Virus record (IMG/VR): IMGVR_UViG_3300037424_001177
Location: 64,001-128,000 of that record
DNA length: 64,000 bases
DNA from: a virus
Direction: 5' to 3' (one strand)
Shown piece after piece: positions 1 to 9,275 of the stretch. Both the position numbers and the translations under genes were made by a program. The number at the start of each line of letters is the position of its first letter. Position 1 is the first letter of the stretch. The notes beneath the pieces were generated by a model. That model made no database searches. It was given only the letters and a program-made list of their open reading frames with translations, and was not told the origin of the DNA.

Positions 1-1
1 G

Positions 2-586
2 GAAACCTCTGGTCGTGTACAAATTCTGCACTCTGGGATCCGCAACTCAATTGGGATCCTGACTGTCGATGCGTTCACGCAAGCGAATCCCCCAGTCGTC
101 ACCGCAGTAGCCAACAAATCAACCACTTTGAGTGGGATCACCAGAGTTGGTGTTTTGGGAGCCACGGTGGCGTTCACACGCCCCGATGGTGGTAACGGCT
201 ACATCGGCGGCCCCGTGCAGATTGCTGCGGCCTACGTTGTTGGCCAGAAGCCACTCGGTCTCTTCATCAACGACGCACTCGGAAACCCATTCGAGAACAC
301 GCCTGGCGTCGCTTCAGGCCGAGGACCCTTCCTCTGTGGTTTCGGCACACATGCCGTGAGCCTGTGGGAAACCCAGCAACAAGTTGGCGGCTCTGCTGCT
401 CTCACATACGCGCAGGGCGACAAACTCTACGCGAGCGTCAATGGTCTTTTGACGAATCGCGTCGAGGACGCTTACGAGTGGAACGTTGCCGGCCAGAACG
501 ACCGGGACTTCGTCACCCTCATGGGGATCGTACGAATCGCCCCAGACGCTAACAACTCACTACTGGTTCTGGATCTCCGGGTCTGA
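2..586 (+). CDS. Probable capsid decoration/head protein (5' truncated by window edge)
   Basis: Frame is open from position 2 (ETSGRVQILHSG...) into the 128..586 ORF. Gly/Ala-rich, beta-type composition; immediately upstream of the major capsid gene. Confidence 0.6.
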   Translation, partial: ETSGRVQILHSGIRNSIGILTVDAFTQANPPVVTAVANKSTTLSGITRVGVLGATVAFTRPDGGNGYIGGPVQIAAAYVVGQKPLGLFINDALGNPFENTPGVASGRGPFLCGFGTHAVSLWETQQQVGGSAALTYAQGDKLYASVNGLLTNRVEDAYEWNVAGQNDRDFVTLMGIVRIAPDANNSLLVLDLRV

Positions 587-606
587 TCTCGGATTTGAGG
601 TGAAAC

Positions 607-1491
607 ATGTCAGCTTCCATAATCAGTAACGAGATCCGACAGCGCCTAATCGGCGAACACATCAGAACACCGCAAGGGCGTGAGAAGCTTGCGGCTTCGA
701 TGATTCAATCGTTGCGTCTACGACGCGACTACGTGGCAGTCATCCGGAAGAGCTTCCTCGTGGAAGAGCTGCCTGACGGCGCCTTGCCTGTTTACGACAA
801 GGATCCTGAAGTCACGGCGTTCGTCGTCGGTGAAGAAGGCGCCAACATCCAGTCGATCCAGAAGTCACGTCGTGTGATCTTCCCGGTCTTCGAGATTGCT
901 TCGAATCCTGAGATCCCGCTCTCCCAGATCAAGGAGCGCAGGTTCGACATGATCGAACGTGCTCAGGACCTGGCGAAAGCGCAGATTGCAGCAGCTGAAG
1001 ACGAGCGTGGTTTCGCAATCGTTGACAGCGTTGCTGTCAGCGGCTTCGACACACTACCCGGTCAGACCAACCCTGACTTGGCTGTGGTCGCACCGGTCTC
1101 ACCGTCGTTCTTGGCCGATGCATTCGCAGAGGTCGAGCGTCACGGGCTTCGGGTCGCCCGGATCTTCATGAACGCAACTGACTACGCGGACATCCGCAAG
1201 TTCGGTCGGGACATCCTGGATATCGAAAGCCAGGCTGTTCTACTCAACACAGGTCTACAAGCCGTGTTGTGGGGAGCGCAGATCATCACGAGCAGAATCG
1301 TACCGGTTGGGTTCATCTACATCTGCGCGGAAGCGGAGAACTTTGGCCGCTTCCCTGTTCGCACAGAACTCACCGTTTTGAGCGCTGATGATCCGAAAAA
1401 TAGGTTGATCGGATTTTCGGTTTTTGAGAACATCGGCATAGGGGCGTTCAACCCACGCGCCATCAGCCGACTGGTCGTGACCAGAGTTTGA
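607..1491 (+). CDS. Major capsid protein (HK97/encapsulin-like fold)
   Basis: 294 aa, GAGGTG RBS. HK97-like signatures (FEIASNPEIPLSQIKERRFDMIERAQ...AAAEDE; IFMNATDYADI; C-terminal IGFSVFENIGIGAFNPRAI). Followed by a strong terminator. Confidence 0.8.
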   Translation: MSASIISNEIRQRLIGEHIRTPQGREKLAASMIQSLRLRRDYVAVIRKSFLVEELPDGALPVYDKDPEVTAFVVGEEGANIQSIQKSRRVIFPVFEIASNPEIPLSQIKERRFDMIERAQDLAKAQIAAAEDERGFAIVDSVAVSGFDTLPGQTNPDLAVVAPVSPSFLADAFAEVERHGLRVARIFMNATDYADIRKFGRDILDIESQAVLLNTGLQAVLWGAQIITSRIVPVGFIYICAEAENFGRFPVRTELTVLSADDPKNRLIGFSVFENIGIGAFNPRAISRLVVTRV

Positions 1492-1524
1492 TTTAGGTCA
1501 ACTTCCCTAGATCACTGTTTTGAG

Positions 1525-1558
1525 AAGCCCGAATCGGAAACCCCGATTCGGGCTTTTC
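1525..1558 (+). terminator. Rho-independent terminator (likely bidirectional)
   Basis: 13-bp perfect stem AAGCCCGAATCGG/CCGATTCGGGCTT with 5-nt loop and T-rich tail, between convergent genes. Confidence 0.85.
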
Positions 1559-1582
1559 TGATTTGGTGGTACGTTGCTTCGA

Positions 1583-1951
1583 TCAAGTTTTAGGACCAAC
1601 ACCAAAGTATCGCGTTGCGTGACCTTGTTTGATTAGTTCCTCGTTGACGTCAATCTCCGTACCGTCAGCTTGTTTGACGTGGATGACTGCCAGGTACCGA
1701 CCGTACTTGTCAGACTTCGTGCTCTCAATCTTCAAGGGGTTTCCAAGTTGTGCAGCTACGGCAAGAAGTCGTTCAAGCTCAGCCTTGGCCGCGAGCCCAG
1801 CTGTCTTAGTTGTGCCGATCACTTCCGGAGTGTTGATTCCGTAAAGTCGAAAGTCTAGTGTGGCATGGATCCCGAAGCCGAGGTTGACATCAAGCCAAAT
1901 TGTGTCTCCGTCGACAACGCGTAGAAGCTTGGCGTTGTACTCGTAAATCAT
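1583..1951 (-). CDS. Thermonuclease (SNase-like) family nuclease
   Basis: VVDGDT, RLYGINTPE and DKYGRYL motifs; start placed at ATG 1951. Confidence 0.9.
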   Translation of the reverse strand: MIYEYNAKLLRVVDGDTIWLDVNLGFGIHATLDFRLYGINTPEVIGTTKTAGLAAKAELERLLAVAAQLGNPLKIESTKSDKYGRYLAVIHVKQADGTEIDVNEELIKQGHATRYFGVGPKT

Positions 1952-2053
1952 GGTGCAGTCCTCCACTGGTAGCGATCCCATCAAACGGACCTGAGACGGA
2001 AACTACTTTTGAACCCGCTGCATTGTTAGTCAGTCAGTACACCTCCTTGAAGA

Positions 2054-2788
2054 GTGAAAGAGCCAGGAACCCATAGGCTCCTGGCTCTTTCGTTATTGGT
2101 GTTCGCTCACGGAGTGTCGAACACGAACAACTTGTGGGGTGCATGGGCGGAACTCTTTCGTACTGAGACGCGAAAACCATACTTCCGCGACTTGGTTGCT
2201 TTCGTGCGCAGCGAACGGAAGCAGTTTCAGGTTTATCCGCCTTCACACAAAGTATTCAACGCCTACAAGGCGACCCATCTCGAAGACGTCCGCGTGGTGA
2301 TCTTGGGGCAGGACCCCTATCACAAGCTCGGACAGGCTCATGGCCTCTGTTTCTCCGTGCCCCACGGTTACGTCCCACCACCGAGCCTACAGAACATCTA
2401 CGTCGAGCTTGAGCGGGACGTAGATGTTTCGAGACTCAAGGGAGGCTCCTTGTGGGGATGGGCTCGACAAGGGGTCTTGCTTCTCAATTCGGTGCTGACA
2501 GTTCGTGACAGTGAGCCTGGTTCGCACCGAGACCACGGCTGGGAAACGTTTACAGACGCGACCCTTCAAGCTGTCAATGCTCTTGACCGACCCGTTGTCT
2601 TCGTTCTTTGGGGCCGCTATGCGCAAGCAAAGCGGCGTTTTGTCGATGAGTCCACGCACACAGTGATCGCCTCCTCACACCCTTCACCACTTTCTGCAAG
2701 CAATGGGTTTTTCGGTAGTCGCCCTTTCTCTAGAATCAACGCAGCCCTCGCACAACACCAAACCAAACTGATCGACTGGGCACTCTAA
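2054..2788 (+). CDS. ung: Uracil-DNA glycosylase, family 1
   Basis: GQDPYH catalytic motif, GVLLLN, HPSPLS; true start may be GTG near 2114. Confidence 0.95.
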   Translation: MKEPGTHRLLALSLLVFAHGVSNTNNLWGAWAELFRTETRKPYFRDLVAFVRSERKQFQVYPPSHKVFNAYKATHLEDVRVVILGQDPYHKLGQAHGLCFSVPHGYVPPPSLQNIYVELERDVDVSRLKGGSLWGWARQGVLLLNSVLTVRDSEPGSHRDHGWETFTDATLQAVNALDRPVVFVLWGRYAQAKRRFVDESTHTVIASSHPSPLSASNGFFGSRPFSRINAALAQHQTKLIDWAL

Positions 2789-3462
2789 TGCTTTTGTCAG
2801 TTTGTGTGTATGTGGTCTCCAACACTATTTCGAACATCGTCTCTAGATTTAAGTGCCTTGCTTCAAGCACCTCTAGAGAAGCTGGTGTCCCGGGCCGATT
2901 TCACGTACCCCGCTCGTTCCATCTTCCCCCTGAGGTCCGAGACAAGGACCCCATTACTCCTGAGGGTACAGATCTCGCGATTTGGACTTGGGAATCGAAC
3001 GGCAAGCCGTACGGGATCGCTTTCTCAGGCAAAGCCAACAAGCCACTCTGGAACTATCGTTTCCTCAGTGAGGCCGATCGAGCCCGGAGAATCGAGGAAA
3101 CAATTGCGGGCCAGAGAACCCGGCTCAAGATGAAAGAGGATCGCCAACAGGAGCGGCGTGAGTTCAAACACGAGTCGGATGTTGGTGATATTTACTACAC
3201 GAGTTGGGGCTATGATCAGACAAACATCGACTTCTATGAAGTGGTCGAGGTTCGAGGCAAGGTACTCCTCGTTCGAAAGATCGCAGAGAAGTCTACAGGC
3301 GGACACGAGGCTACTGACTACGTAGTAGCCGTTCCTGGCAAGTTCACGGGACCTGTCAAACGCGTCCGTCCGTCGGGACAGTCATTCACCATCGACGGTC
3401 ACTCCGCCAGCAAGTGGGACGGAAAGCCCAAGTACCAAACTGCGTTCGGTTACGGGCATTGA
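2788..3462 (+). CDS. Hypothetical phage protein
   Basis: 224 aa ORF abutting ung; SWGYDQTNIDFYEVV is a motif seen in conserved phage hypotheticals. Confidence 0.65.
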   Translation: MLLSVCVYVVSNTISNIVSRFKCLASSTSREAGVPGRFHVPRSFHLPPEVRDKDPITPEGTDLAIWTWESNGKPYGIAFSGKANKPLWNYRFLSEADRARRIEETIAGQRTRLKMKEDRQQERREFKHESDVGDIYYTSWGYDQTNIDFYEVVEVRGKVLLVRKIAEKSTGGHEATDYVVAVPGKFTGPVKRVRPSGQSFTIDGHSASKWDGKPKYQTAFGYGH

Positions 3463-3514
3463 CACTCTACGGATCTTGGACGATCCGCCAAAAACAAATA
3501 GAAGGAGATCCAAA

Positions 3515-4426
3515 ATGGGAACACAACAATACGTCGAATACACAGTCACTCAACGCTTCTTGTTGGGAGGCTTAAACGTTCCAGTTGAAAAAGACACCAC
3601 CATCATGTTTGACGGGACTCGAGTGGTGATCGATGGCCAAGATCCTGTCGTTTTGCCTCAGCTTCGCGGGGCCATCAAAGCCGGTTGGCTAAAGAGTCGA
3701 GTTGCGACTGAAACACCAAGTCTTGCACGTACAGCTGCGAAGAGACATTCTCCGCCAAGGGCTGGGATCAGAGTCGGTCCAGCGCAAGGTGGCAATGTCA
3801 TGGATCCAACGGTCCAGCAGAAGAACTTGGCGAGCACAGAGGCGCCCATCGAGACGGGTAATGTGACCACCGTTCGAACGCTTCGCACAGCGGCAAAAAG
3901 TTCGACAAATCTAGGACTGGAAAACCTTTCCGAGATCAACAACCAACTCAACCAAGTTCAGATCGATCCCGCAGAGAGGCAGACGGTTGACGAAATGTCA
4001 TCAGATGACGCCGAGTTCTTTCAAGCTAGCATGGATGTTGGGCGCGATGCAGTTTCAAAGCGCATTGCCAGTGAAGACGGGATCATGTCTACTGTGACAC
4101 TCGGTACTCCCAAGACTTCTGCACGTCCTGGGGACGATGTTGTCGTTCAGGACGGCTTTCGGATCACAAACACGAATGGCCCGGGTTCGATGAAGCCGTT
4201 AACTCCGCGTGTTGCCACGACCGACACTCGTAGGAAAGTCGCGAGATCCATTGCCTCAGACTTCCCAGACAACTACGATTTCGATCAGCCCGTGAAGCGC
4301 AAGGTCGCCCGTTTGGTGGCGGACTACGGAGATCGTCAGGATGTGATTCGAGCCGCTATGGCAGCTGAGACTTCTGTCGAGACCCGTGACGCGATCATCT
4401 CTGAGTTCCCGGAGATTTTCGCATGA
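3515..4426 (+). CDS. Hypothetical protein
   Basis: AAGGAG RBS before ATG 3515; ATGA overlap with next gene. Confidence 0.7.
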   Translation: MGTQQYVEYTVTQRFLLGGLNVPVEKDTTIMFDGTRVVIDGQDPVVLPQLRGAIKAGWLKSRVATETPSLARTAAKRHSPPRAGIRVGPAQGGNVMDPTVQQKNLASTEAPIETGNVTTVRTLRTAAKSSTNLGLENLSEINNQLNQVQIDPAERQTVDEMSSDDAEFFQASMDVGRDAVSKRIASEDGIMSTVTLGTPKTSARPGDDVVVQDGFRITNTNGPGSMKPLTPRVATTDTRRKVARSIASDFPDNYDFDQPVKRKVARLVADYGDRQDVIRAAMAAETSVETRDAIISEFPEIFA

Positions 4427-4827
4427 AGCACATGACGGAAGAACTCCTTCTGGAGAGGATTTCGGCTCTCCAGAAGGACGGTTTGACGGTTTACCGGGCG
4501 GATGATTCTGAGCGTGGCATGTTCGGGATCATCGTCCAAAACCCTGGACAGAAGCAGGTTCTTGAGTCGTTCCCCATGTTTGGCAACGGCCCTCTGACAC
4601 CTGAGCCAAAGGTCGTCTCTGCTCTCGAGCTTGTTGACTTCGCAAGGCAGGGAGGGGACTTGAAAATTTGTGACAACCCAATGGCGCGGCTTTGGGGACT
4701 CGTGCGCTACGAACCCGCACGAGGAGCCTCCGTTGTCCGTCAAACTACCTTGCGGTCTCTCAAAGAGAATACCAACGCCCTAGCGTACTTGAAAGATCTT
4801 CGGAAGAAATTGGATCCATCAGGTTGA
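4423..4827 (+). CDS. Hypothetical protein
   Basis: 134 aa, translationally coupled (ATGA overlap). Confidence 0.65.
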   Translation: MKHMTEELLLERISALQKDGLTVYRADDSERGMFGIIVQNPGQKQVLESFPMFGNGPLTPEPKVVSALELVDFARQGGDLKICDNPMARLWGLVRYEPARGASVVRQTTLRSLKENTNALAYLKDLRKKLDPSG

Positions 4828-6083
4828 ACACGTCAGATGTTGAGAGGCAACGGGCTTCGCACCAGACCAAGGAGGCGGGGGCTCTTCTCTATTTGATGGA
4901 GGAGTTAGGTGATGCGCGTCTTCGTTGTGACCAACTGGTTCGTTACATCGCAGACACAACTGTGTTGATCAACAAGTCTTCACATAAGGATCACATTTTC
5001 GAAACCGCGGGCCATCTCATCAACAGCATCCCTGAGACAGCCTTCAAGCTTCAAAAGGCTCTAGAGGCGACGGCTCTCGCAGCAGACCGTCTTGACTACG
5101 AGGAAATCAAGCAAGGGCTTTTGCCGGAGAAGGTGGAAGAGTTGGAACGTGTTCTCAAAGACGTGAGGATTCGTTATGTGCAGCGTCGTTCGGAGGATCG
5201 TCAGATGCAAGAAAATAGAGTGTCTATGAAGCCGAAACAAGCCGCGGACGAACTCCGTGAGATCGCAAAACTAGCTCGTGAGAGCGGAGCACTGGCGCTG
5301 GATCGTGTGGCCTCGTTGGTTGAGGGCTTGGATCCGGAAGGAGTAGTAACAACTCCTATGGTAGTTGCCTCGTCGATGCCTGACATTGGACAGGTTGCTG
5401 ATCAGCTAGAGCATTTGGCAAGCTCTTTGGAAGATCGGTCTTCACGTCCTAGCCCTCGTGAACTCGCTACAGTTTTGAGCCACACAGTCCCGGATGCTGT
5501 TGTCAACAAATTGGCGGCGGTAGATGACGCGCAAATAGCGATCGCGTTTGAGACCATGCGGAAGAGCATTGTGGTAGCCATGCGTCAGGCTAACGCGAAA
5601 CGTTATCGATTGTCTCTGACCAATTTGCTTGGAGTGGTCGACAGCATTGCGACAGTCTTAGTCCATCTCGGATCAACTGACACACAGAAATCGGAAGCTT
5701 TCAAGCGTGAGATCATGAGGACGCGTCTTGGGCTAGGGCGTGCTTTGAATGAGCTTTCCTTGGATCCTTCTGTTTTGGCAAGTTCTGATGACGCCAAACG
5801 CTCTCGCTTCGAAGAAGGCAAGCCGGCGGATCCTACCGAGAACATGTCCGAGGCCGACGCCAAGAAGTGGAAGATTGAACACGAGAAGAACAAGGACAAC
5901 TTCACGAAGGAAGCAGGAGATCCCACGGATAACATGTCCGAAGAGGACAAGAAAAAGTGGGAGGCAAACCAGTTCAAGAAGAAAGAGGCGGGAGACCCCA
6001 CTGAGAACATGTCTGAAGAAGACAAGAAGAAGTGGGAGGCAAATCAGTTCAAGAAGGAAGCAGCTCTCGCTTGGAAGGTTTGA
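4824..6083 (+). CDS. Hypothetical helical protein with C-terminal charged repeats (possible internal head protein)
   Basis: Start placed at TTG 4824, overlapping the upstream stop; three DPT(E/D)NMSExDxKKW repeats. Confidence 0.65.
   Translation: MNTSDVERQRASHQTKEAGALLYLMEELGDARLRCDQLVRYIADTTVLINKSSHKDHIFETAGHLINSIPETAFKLQKALEATALAADRLDYEEIKQGLLPEKVEELERVLKDVRIRYVQRRSEDRQMQENRVSMKPKQAADELREIAKLARESGALALDRVASLVEGLDPEGVVTTPMVVASSMPDIGQVADQLEHLASSLEDRSSRPSPRELATVLSHTVPDAVVNKLAAVDDAQIAIAFETMRKSIVVAMRQANAKRYRLSLTNLLGVVDSIATVLVHLGSTDTQKSEAFKREIMRTRLGLGRALNELSLDPSVLASSDDAKRSRFEEGKPADPTENMSEADAKKWKIEHEKNKDNFTKEAGDPTDNMSEEDKKKWEANQFKKKEAGDPTENMSEEDKKKWEANQFKKEAALAWKV
5826..6062 (+). repeat. Intragenic tandem repeat, ~75 bp unit x3
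   Basis: KEAGDPT(D/E)NMSEEDKKKWEANQFKK twice plus one diverged earlier copy. Confidence 0.9.
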
Positions 6084-6089
6084 CAGATC

Positions 6090-6398
6090 ATGTCTTACAG
6101 TTATGACCGGCGGGCGTCCATGTTAGTACCTCCAAACAAGCTTCTCGGTCACATGAATCAGTCCGTGGACAAGCTTTTGTCAGCTCGGATTGAGGTTCGC
6201 AAACTACACCTGGCTTTGGGTGAGGTGCGTCGAGATGCTAGCGGCTCAATGTACACTGACAACTACGACAATCCTGAAATCGAGAAGGTCGAAAAAGACT
6301 TGTATGAACTTGACCGTACGATTGGGGAAGCTTTTCGGTACATAGAGCGTCTCGAGAGGGATTTCAAATCGAAGTGGATCGTCCGATCGTTCGGTTGA
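6090..6398 (+). CDS. Hypothetical coiled-coil protein
   Basis: 102 aa ORF in operon context. Confidence 0.65.
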   Translation: MSYSYDRRASMLVPPNKLLGHMNQSVDKLLSARIEVRKLHLALGEVRRDASGSMYTDNYDNPEIEKVEKDLYELDRTIGEAFRYIERLERDFKSKWIVRSFG

Positions 6399-6406
6399 AG
6401 TAAGTT

Positions 6407-7207
6407 GTGTCACAGGCTTTCACAACACAGCGTGCGGTTTCGGAGACTCCTACAGGGGACCAGCCTAGTCGCGGACTTTCGTTACCTGCCGACATCCCTG
6501 GTCAGTCAACGCATGCGAAGCCTGTTGATGACACTCGTCGTCGGCCTAATCGTGATGAGCCCATTTGGAGAATCACGAACCCTACTGACAAGACCAAGGA
6601 GCACTCTCGTGTAGATGTCCGGGACGTCGGTGGTGAGACGAGCTACTTTGGTCTCGGCACACCGAACCCTCCGACCAAAACACAGTATCCGTACCGAGAC
6701 GACACCGACAACACCTACAAGGCTGCGGCATTTGTTGTCGAGCTTTGGCGTTTGGAAGGAGCCCCGACACTGTTGTTGTCCGTGGATTCAAGCATTCGGA
6801 CATCCACAACTCTGGAACAGATCTTGGAAGGTTTGGATACGAAATTCAAAGAGCGATCACTTGGGTGCTCCGCTGCTTTGAAGCGAGTTGACCCTAGAAA
6901 CCTTCGTTGGATCTTTAGCGTGAATTGCGGCAACGGAGCCAAAGCTGTCAAGGTTCGAGCCGTTCGTCGGGGATCGGCGGTACACTTCACGAAACTTGAC
7001 TTAGAGCTTTCGTGCTCTTGCCCTGCATGGCAGTGGCTGGGTCCAGAGTTTCATGCTCGGCAAGAAGCTTTTCAGCTCGGCAAGGCTCGTGGAACCGCCT
7101 CTCCACCCAACATACGAGACCCTGAGCGTGACAATCGTGTCTGTAAGCATGTAGCCGCGGTGTTAGCTACTACCAGACAGTGGGTTGTTCCACGTCGGGA
7201 AAAATAA
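6407..7207 (+). CDS. SWIM-type zinc finger protein
   Basis: CSCPAW...CKHVAAV (CxC...CxH). Confidence 0.7.
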   Translation: MSQAFTTQRAVSETPTGDQPSRGLSLPADIPGQSTHAKPVDDTRRRPNRDEPIWRITNPTDKTKEHSRVDVRDVGGETSYFGLGTPNPPTKTQYPYRDDTDNTYKAAAFVVELWRLEGAPTLLLSVDSSIRTSTTLEQILEGLDTKFKERSLGCSAALKRVDPRNLRWIFSVNCGNGAKAVKVRAVRRGSAVHFTKLDLELSCSCPAWQWLGPEFHARQEAFQLGKARGTASPPNIRDPERDNRVCKHVAAVLATTRQWVVPRREK

Positions 7208-7609
7208 ATGCCTGTTTACACATTTCAAGATCAGAACGGGGTTCAGGTGTCTCGTCGACTCTCGTTCGAGGAGTTCGACTCTGTCAAGTCTGGGGCTAGA
7301 CAAATGCTCGACGGTGAAAACCGGCCGCTCAAGTTGGTGCTGACGGCATCCTTTCGCACTGTGTTGAAAGATGGAGTCTCCGGTGGCTGGATGTCGAAGG
7401 CTGGCAAGGAGAATAAATATCGAGCCCAGCATCGGAACGTTCTCGCTAAGCGTGAGAGAGATCACGTGGAAAAGCCACGTCTAGTACCCAACCTAGCAGG
7501 GGCTGAAGCTGCAACTTGGGCCGATGCCCAAGAGCAGGTTCGGGCAACAAAGGGCAACGAAGCCGCTTCTACTTATGACGCACTTGTTGCAAAGGAAGCG
7601 ACCTCATGA
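7208..7609 (+). CDS. FmdB-like small protein lacking the zinc-ribbon cysteines
   Basis: MPVYTF N-terminus typical of FmdB family; no CxxC pairs. Confidence 0.5.
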   Translation: MPVYTFQDQNGVQVSRRLSFEEFDSVKSGARQMLDGENRPLKLVLTASFRTVLKDGVSGGWMSKAGKENKYRAQHRNVLAKRERDHVEKPRLVPNLAGAEAATWADAQEQVRATKGNEAASTYDALVAKEATS

Positions 7610-8253
7610 GGGATTTTTCGATCTTTCGCCGTCGGCCACATCTCGTCGACTTGTTGACGCCCAAGCGGTCCGGCGTCAAAGGATACCGTTTGGAAGCGGC
7701 TACCAATTTCGATGCCGTTTTCACGCCGATTTTGACCGCAGACATTTCCTCAGGGTATTTGGATCCAAATCTCAATTCAGCCGTTTTGCAGGCAATCAGC
7801 AACTCGCGCGACGAGATCCGGATCGCTTTCGATCCTACGTCGTTTGCTGCGTTAGCAGGGATCTCCGATACGCAACACTTTTGGCTGCGGTTCGTTCCCG
7901 TGGATTATGCCGGGGTTGCCGGCACGGCGGGCCCTCCGACTATCGTTTTGACCGATGCGGAACGCTATGGGCACGCACGAGTGCAAATCGCCGGTACGGC
8001 ACCAAACGCTGCGACTGTGGCCGGCTCACTCGAGCTTTGGCTGTTTCGTACCCGTGATCTCTACGTCAAGAACGAGGCCGCTGTAGGCGGTAGCGACTTG
8101 TACGTGGCAGTTCAAAGGGGTGGTCCAGAACGTCAGGTGTCTCCCCAGACAGTTTTGACTTACGAGGAAGGCCCACAGGACACTGTCTTGGTGAGAGGCG
8201 CTGGGGGCACGGTAGTGTTCTCGGCTGCGTTCGTGAACTACTTGCCTCGCTAG
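7606..8253 (+). CDS. Hypothetical virion protein
   Basis: 215 aa, coupled to upstream gene, beta-rich. Confidence 0.6.
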   Translation: MRDFSIFRRRPHLVDLLTPKRSGVKGYRLEAATNFDAVFTPILTADISSGYLDPNLNSAVLQAISNSRDEIRIAFDPTSFAALAGISDTQHFWLRFVPVDYAGVAGTAGPPTIVLTDAERYGHARVQIAGTAPNAATVAGSLELWLFRTRDLYVKNEAAVGGSDLYVAVQRGGPERQVSPQTVLTYEEGPQDTVLVRGAGGTVVFSAAFVNYLPR

Positions 8254-8289
8254 TTCCTTTATTGGGCTCCTGAACGTAGGAGCCTCAAA

Positions 8290-8895
8290 ATGCTGCGACT
8301 CATACACGCCCAGACGGTTCAGGGTTCGATTCTTGTCGACGACATCGACGACGGTCTACCAAATAAAGGCGCTCACCGCCTAGGTAGTACAGGGGATCCC
8401 CGAGCCTACAAACGCGACGGCTATGCGAATGAGCCGAAGCAACCGTGCTATATCCGACGCACGAAAGCCAGTGAGCCGTTGATCCCTGGCTACATCGATT
8501 TGCGACTCACGACGCGTGTCACACACAGTCGTGATGGTGGCAAGATTCGTGGCCTCCTGAATGCAGGGTTGATCACCAGTCTCACATTCAGTCCGAGTGA
8601 TTTGACAGCTCCTGTCATCACAGCCTTGACGCTCAACTCCCCGGCAGCCGGAGATTTGACGATCACAGGAACAGGTTTCGTTTCAACGTCACCTGACATC
8701 ACCAGTGTGACGCTGACTGGGGCCGGAGTTGGAAGTGTTACGTTGACGCAAGCGCAAATCATTGCGGTTCCACCGGGTGCTGTAGGCGCTACGTCGATCG
8801 TGATCGACTCGACTTTGATTGCTGGCCTTGCTCCAGGGGACGTGGTTCGAGTTCGTGCCGACGGTCAGTTTAGCAACCAGTTCACACTTGTTTGA
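8290..8895 (+). CDS. Putative virion protein with IPT/Ig-like C-terminal domain
   Basis: AGGAG RBS; APVIT...LTITGTGF Ig-like pattern. Confidence 0.6.
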   Translation: MLRLIHAQTVQGSILVDDIDDGLPNKGAHRLGSTGDPRAYKRDGYANEPKQPCYIRRTKASEPLIPGYIDLRLTTRVTHSRDGGKIRGLLNAGLITSLTFSPSDLTAPVITALTLNSPAAGDLTITGTGFVSTSPDITSVTLTGAGVGSVTLTQAQIIAVPPGAVGATSIVIDSTLIAGLAPGDVVRVRADGQFSNQFTLV

Positions 8896-8905
8896 GTGAA
8901 GTCGT

Positions 8906-9259
8906 GTGGCGTTCAGCATCATCCCACAAATTCTGGATGCAGAAGGCCAGAATTTTTATCGGACGGATCGTCGGTGGCAACCAAAAAACCTCATTCCCGA
9001 CCCGTACCGGAGAAACCTACTCAAGTTCGCAGAAACCAAACTCAACCAAGTTGTAGCTGCAATCCCAGAATTCAGGCAACTTGATCGCGCACCACTCTAC
9101 GTCAAACTCATCAACCGAATGCGGATCGATTTCAGGAAAGCAAAGTTTGCTTGGAACACAGACGACCTTGAGTTCATTCGGTCAATCAGCAAGTTTTTCA
9201 CTGACTACGGTCAGATACTACAGAATTTGAAGTTCGATGAGGCTCGAGGCCGTCTCTAG
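8906..9259 (+). CDS. Hypothetical protein
   Basis: 117 aa ORF filling the gap between structural genes. Confidence 0.6.
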   Translation: MAFSIIPQILDAEGQNFYRTDRRWQPKNLIPDPYRRNLLKFAETKLNQVVAAIPEFRQLDRAPLYVKLINRMRIDFRKAKFAWNTDDLEFIRSISKFFTDYGQILQNLKFDEARGRL

Positions 9260-9275
9260 TAAGGAGCAAAAGCAA

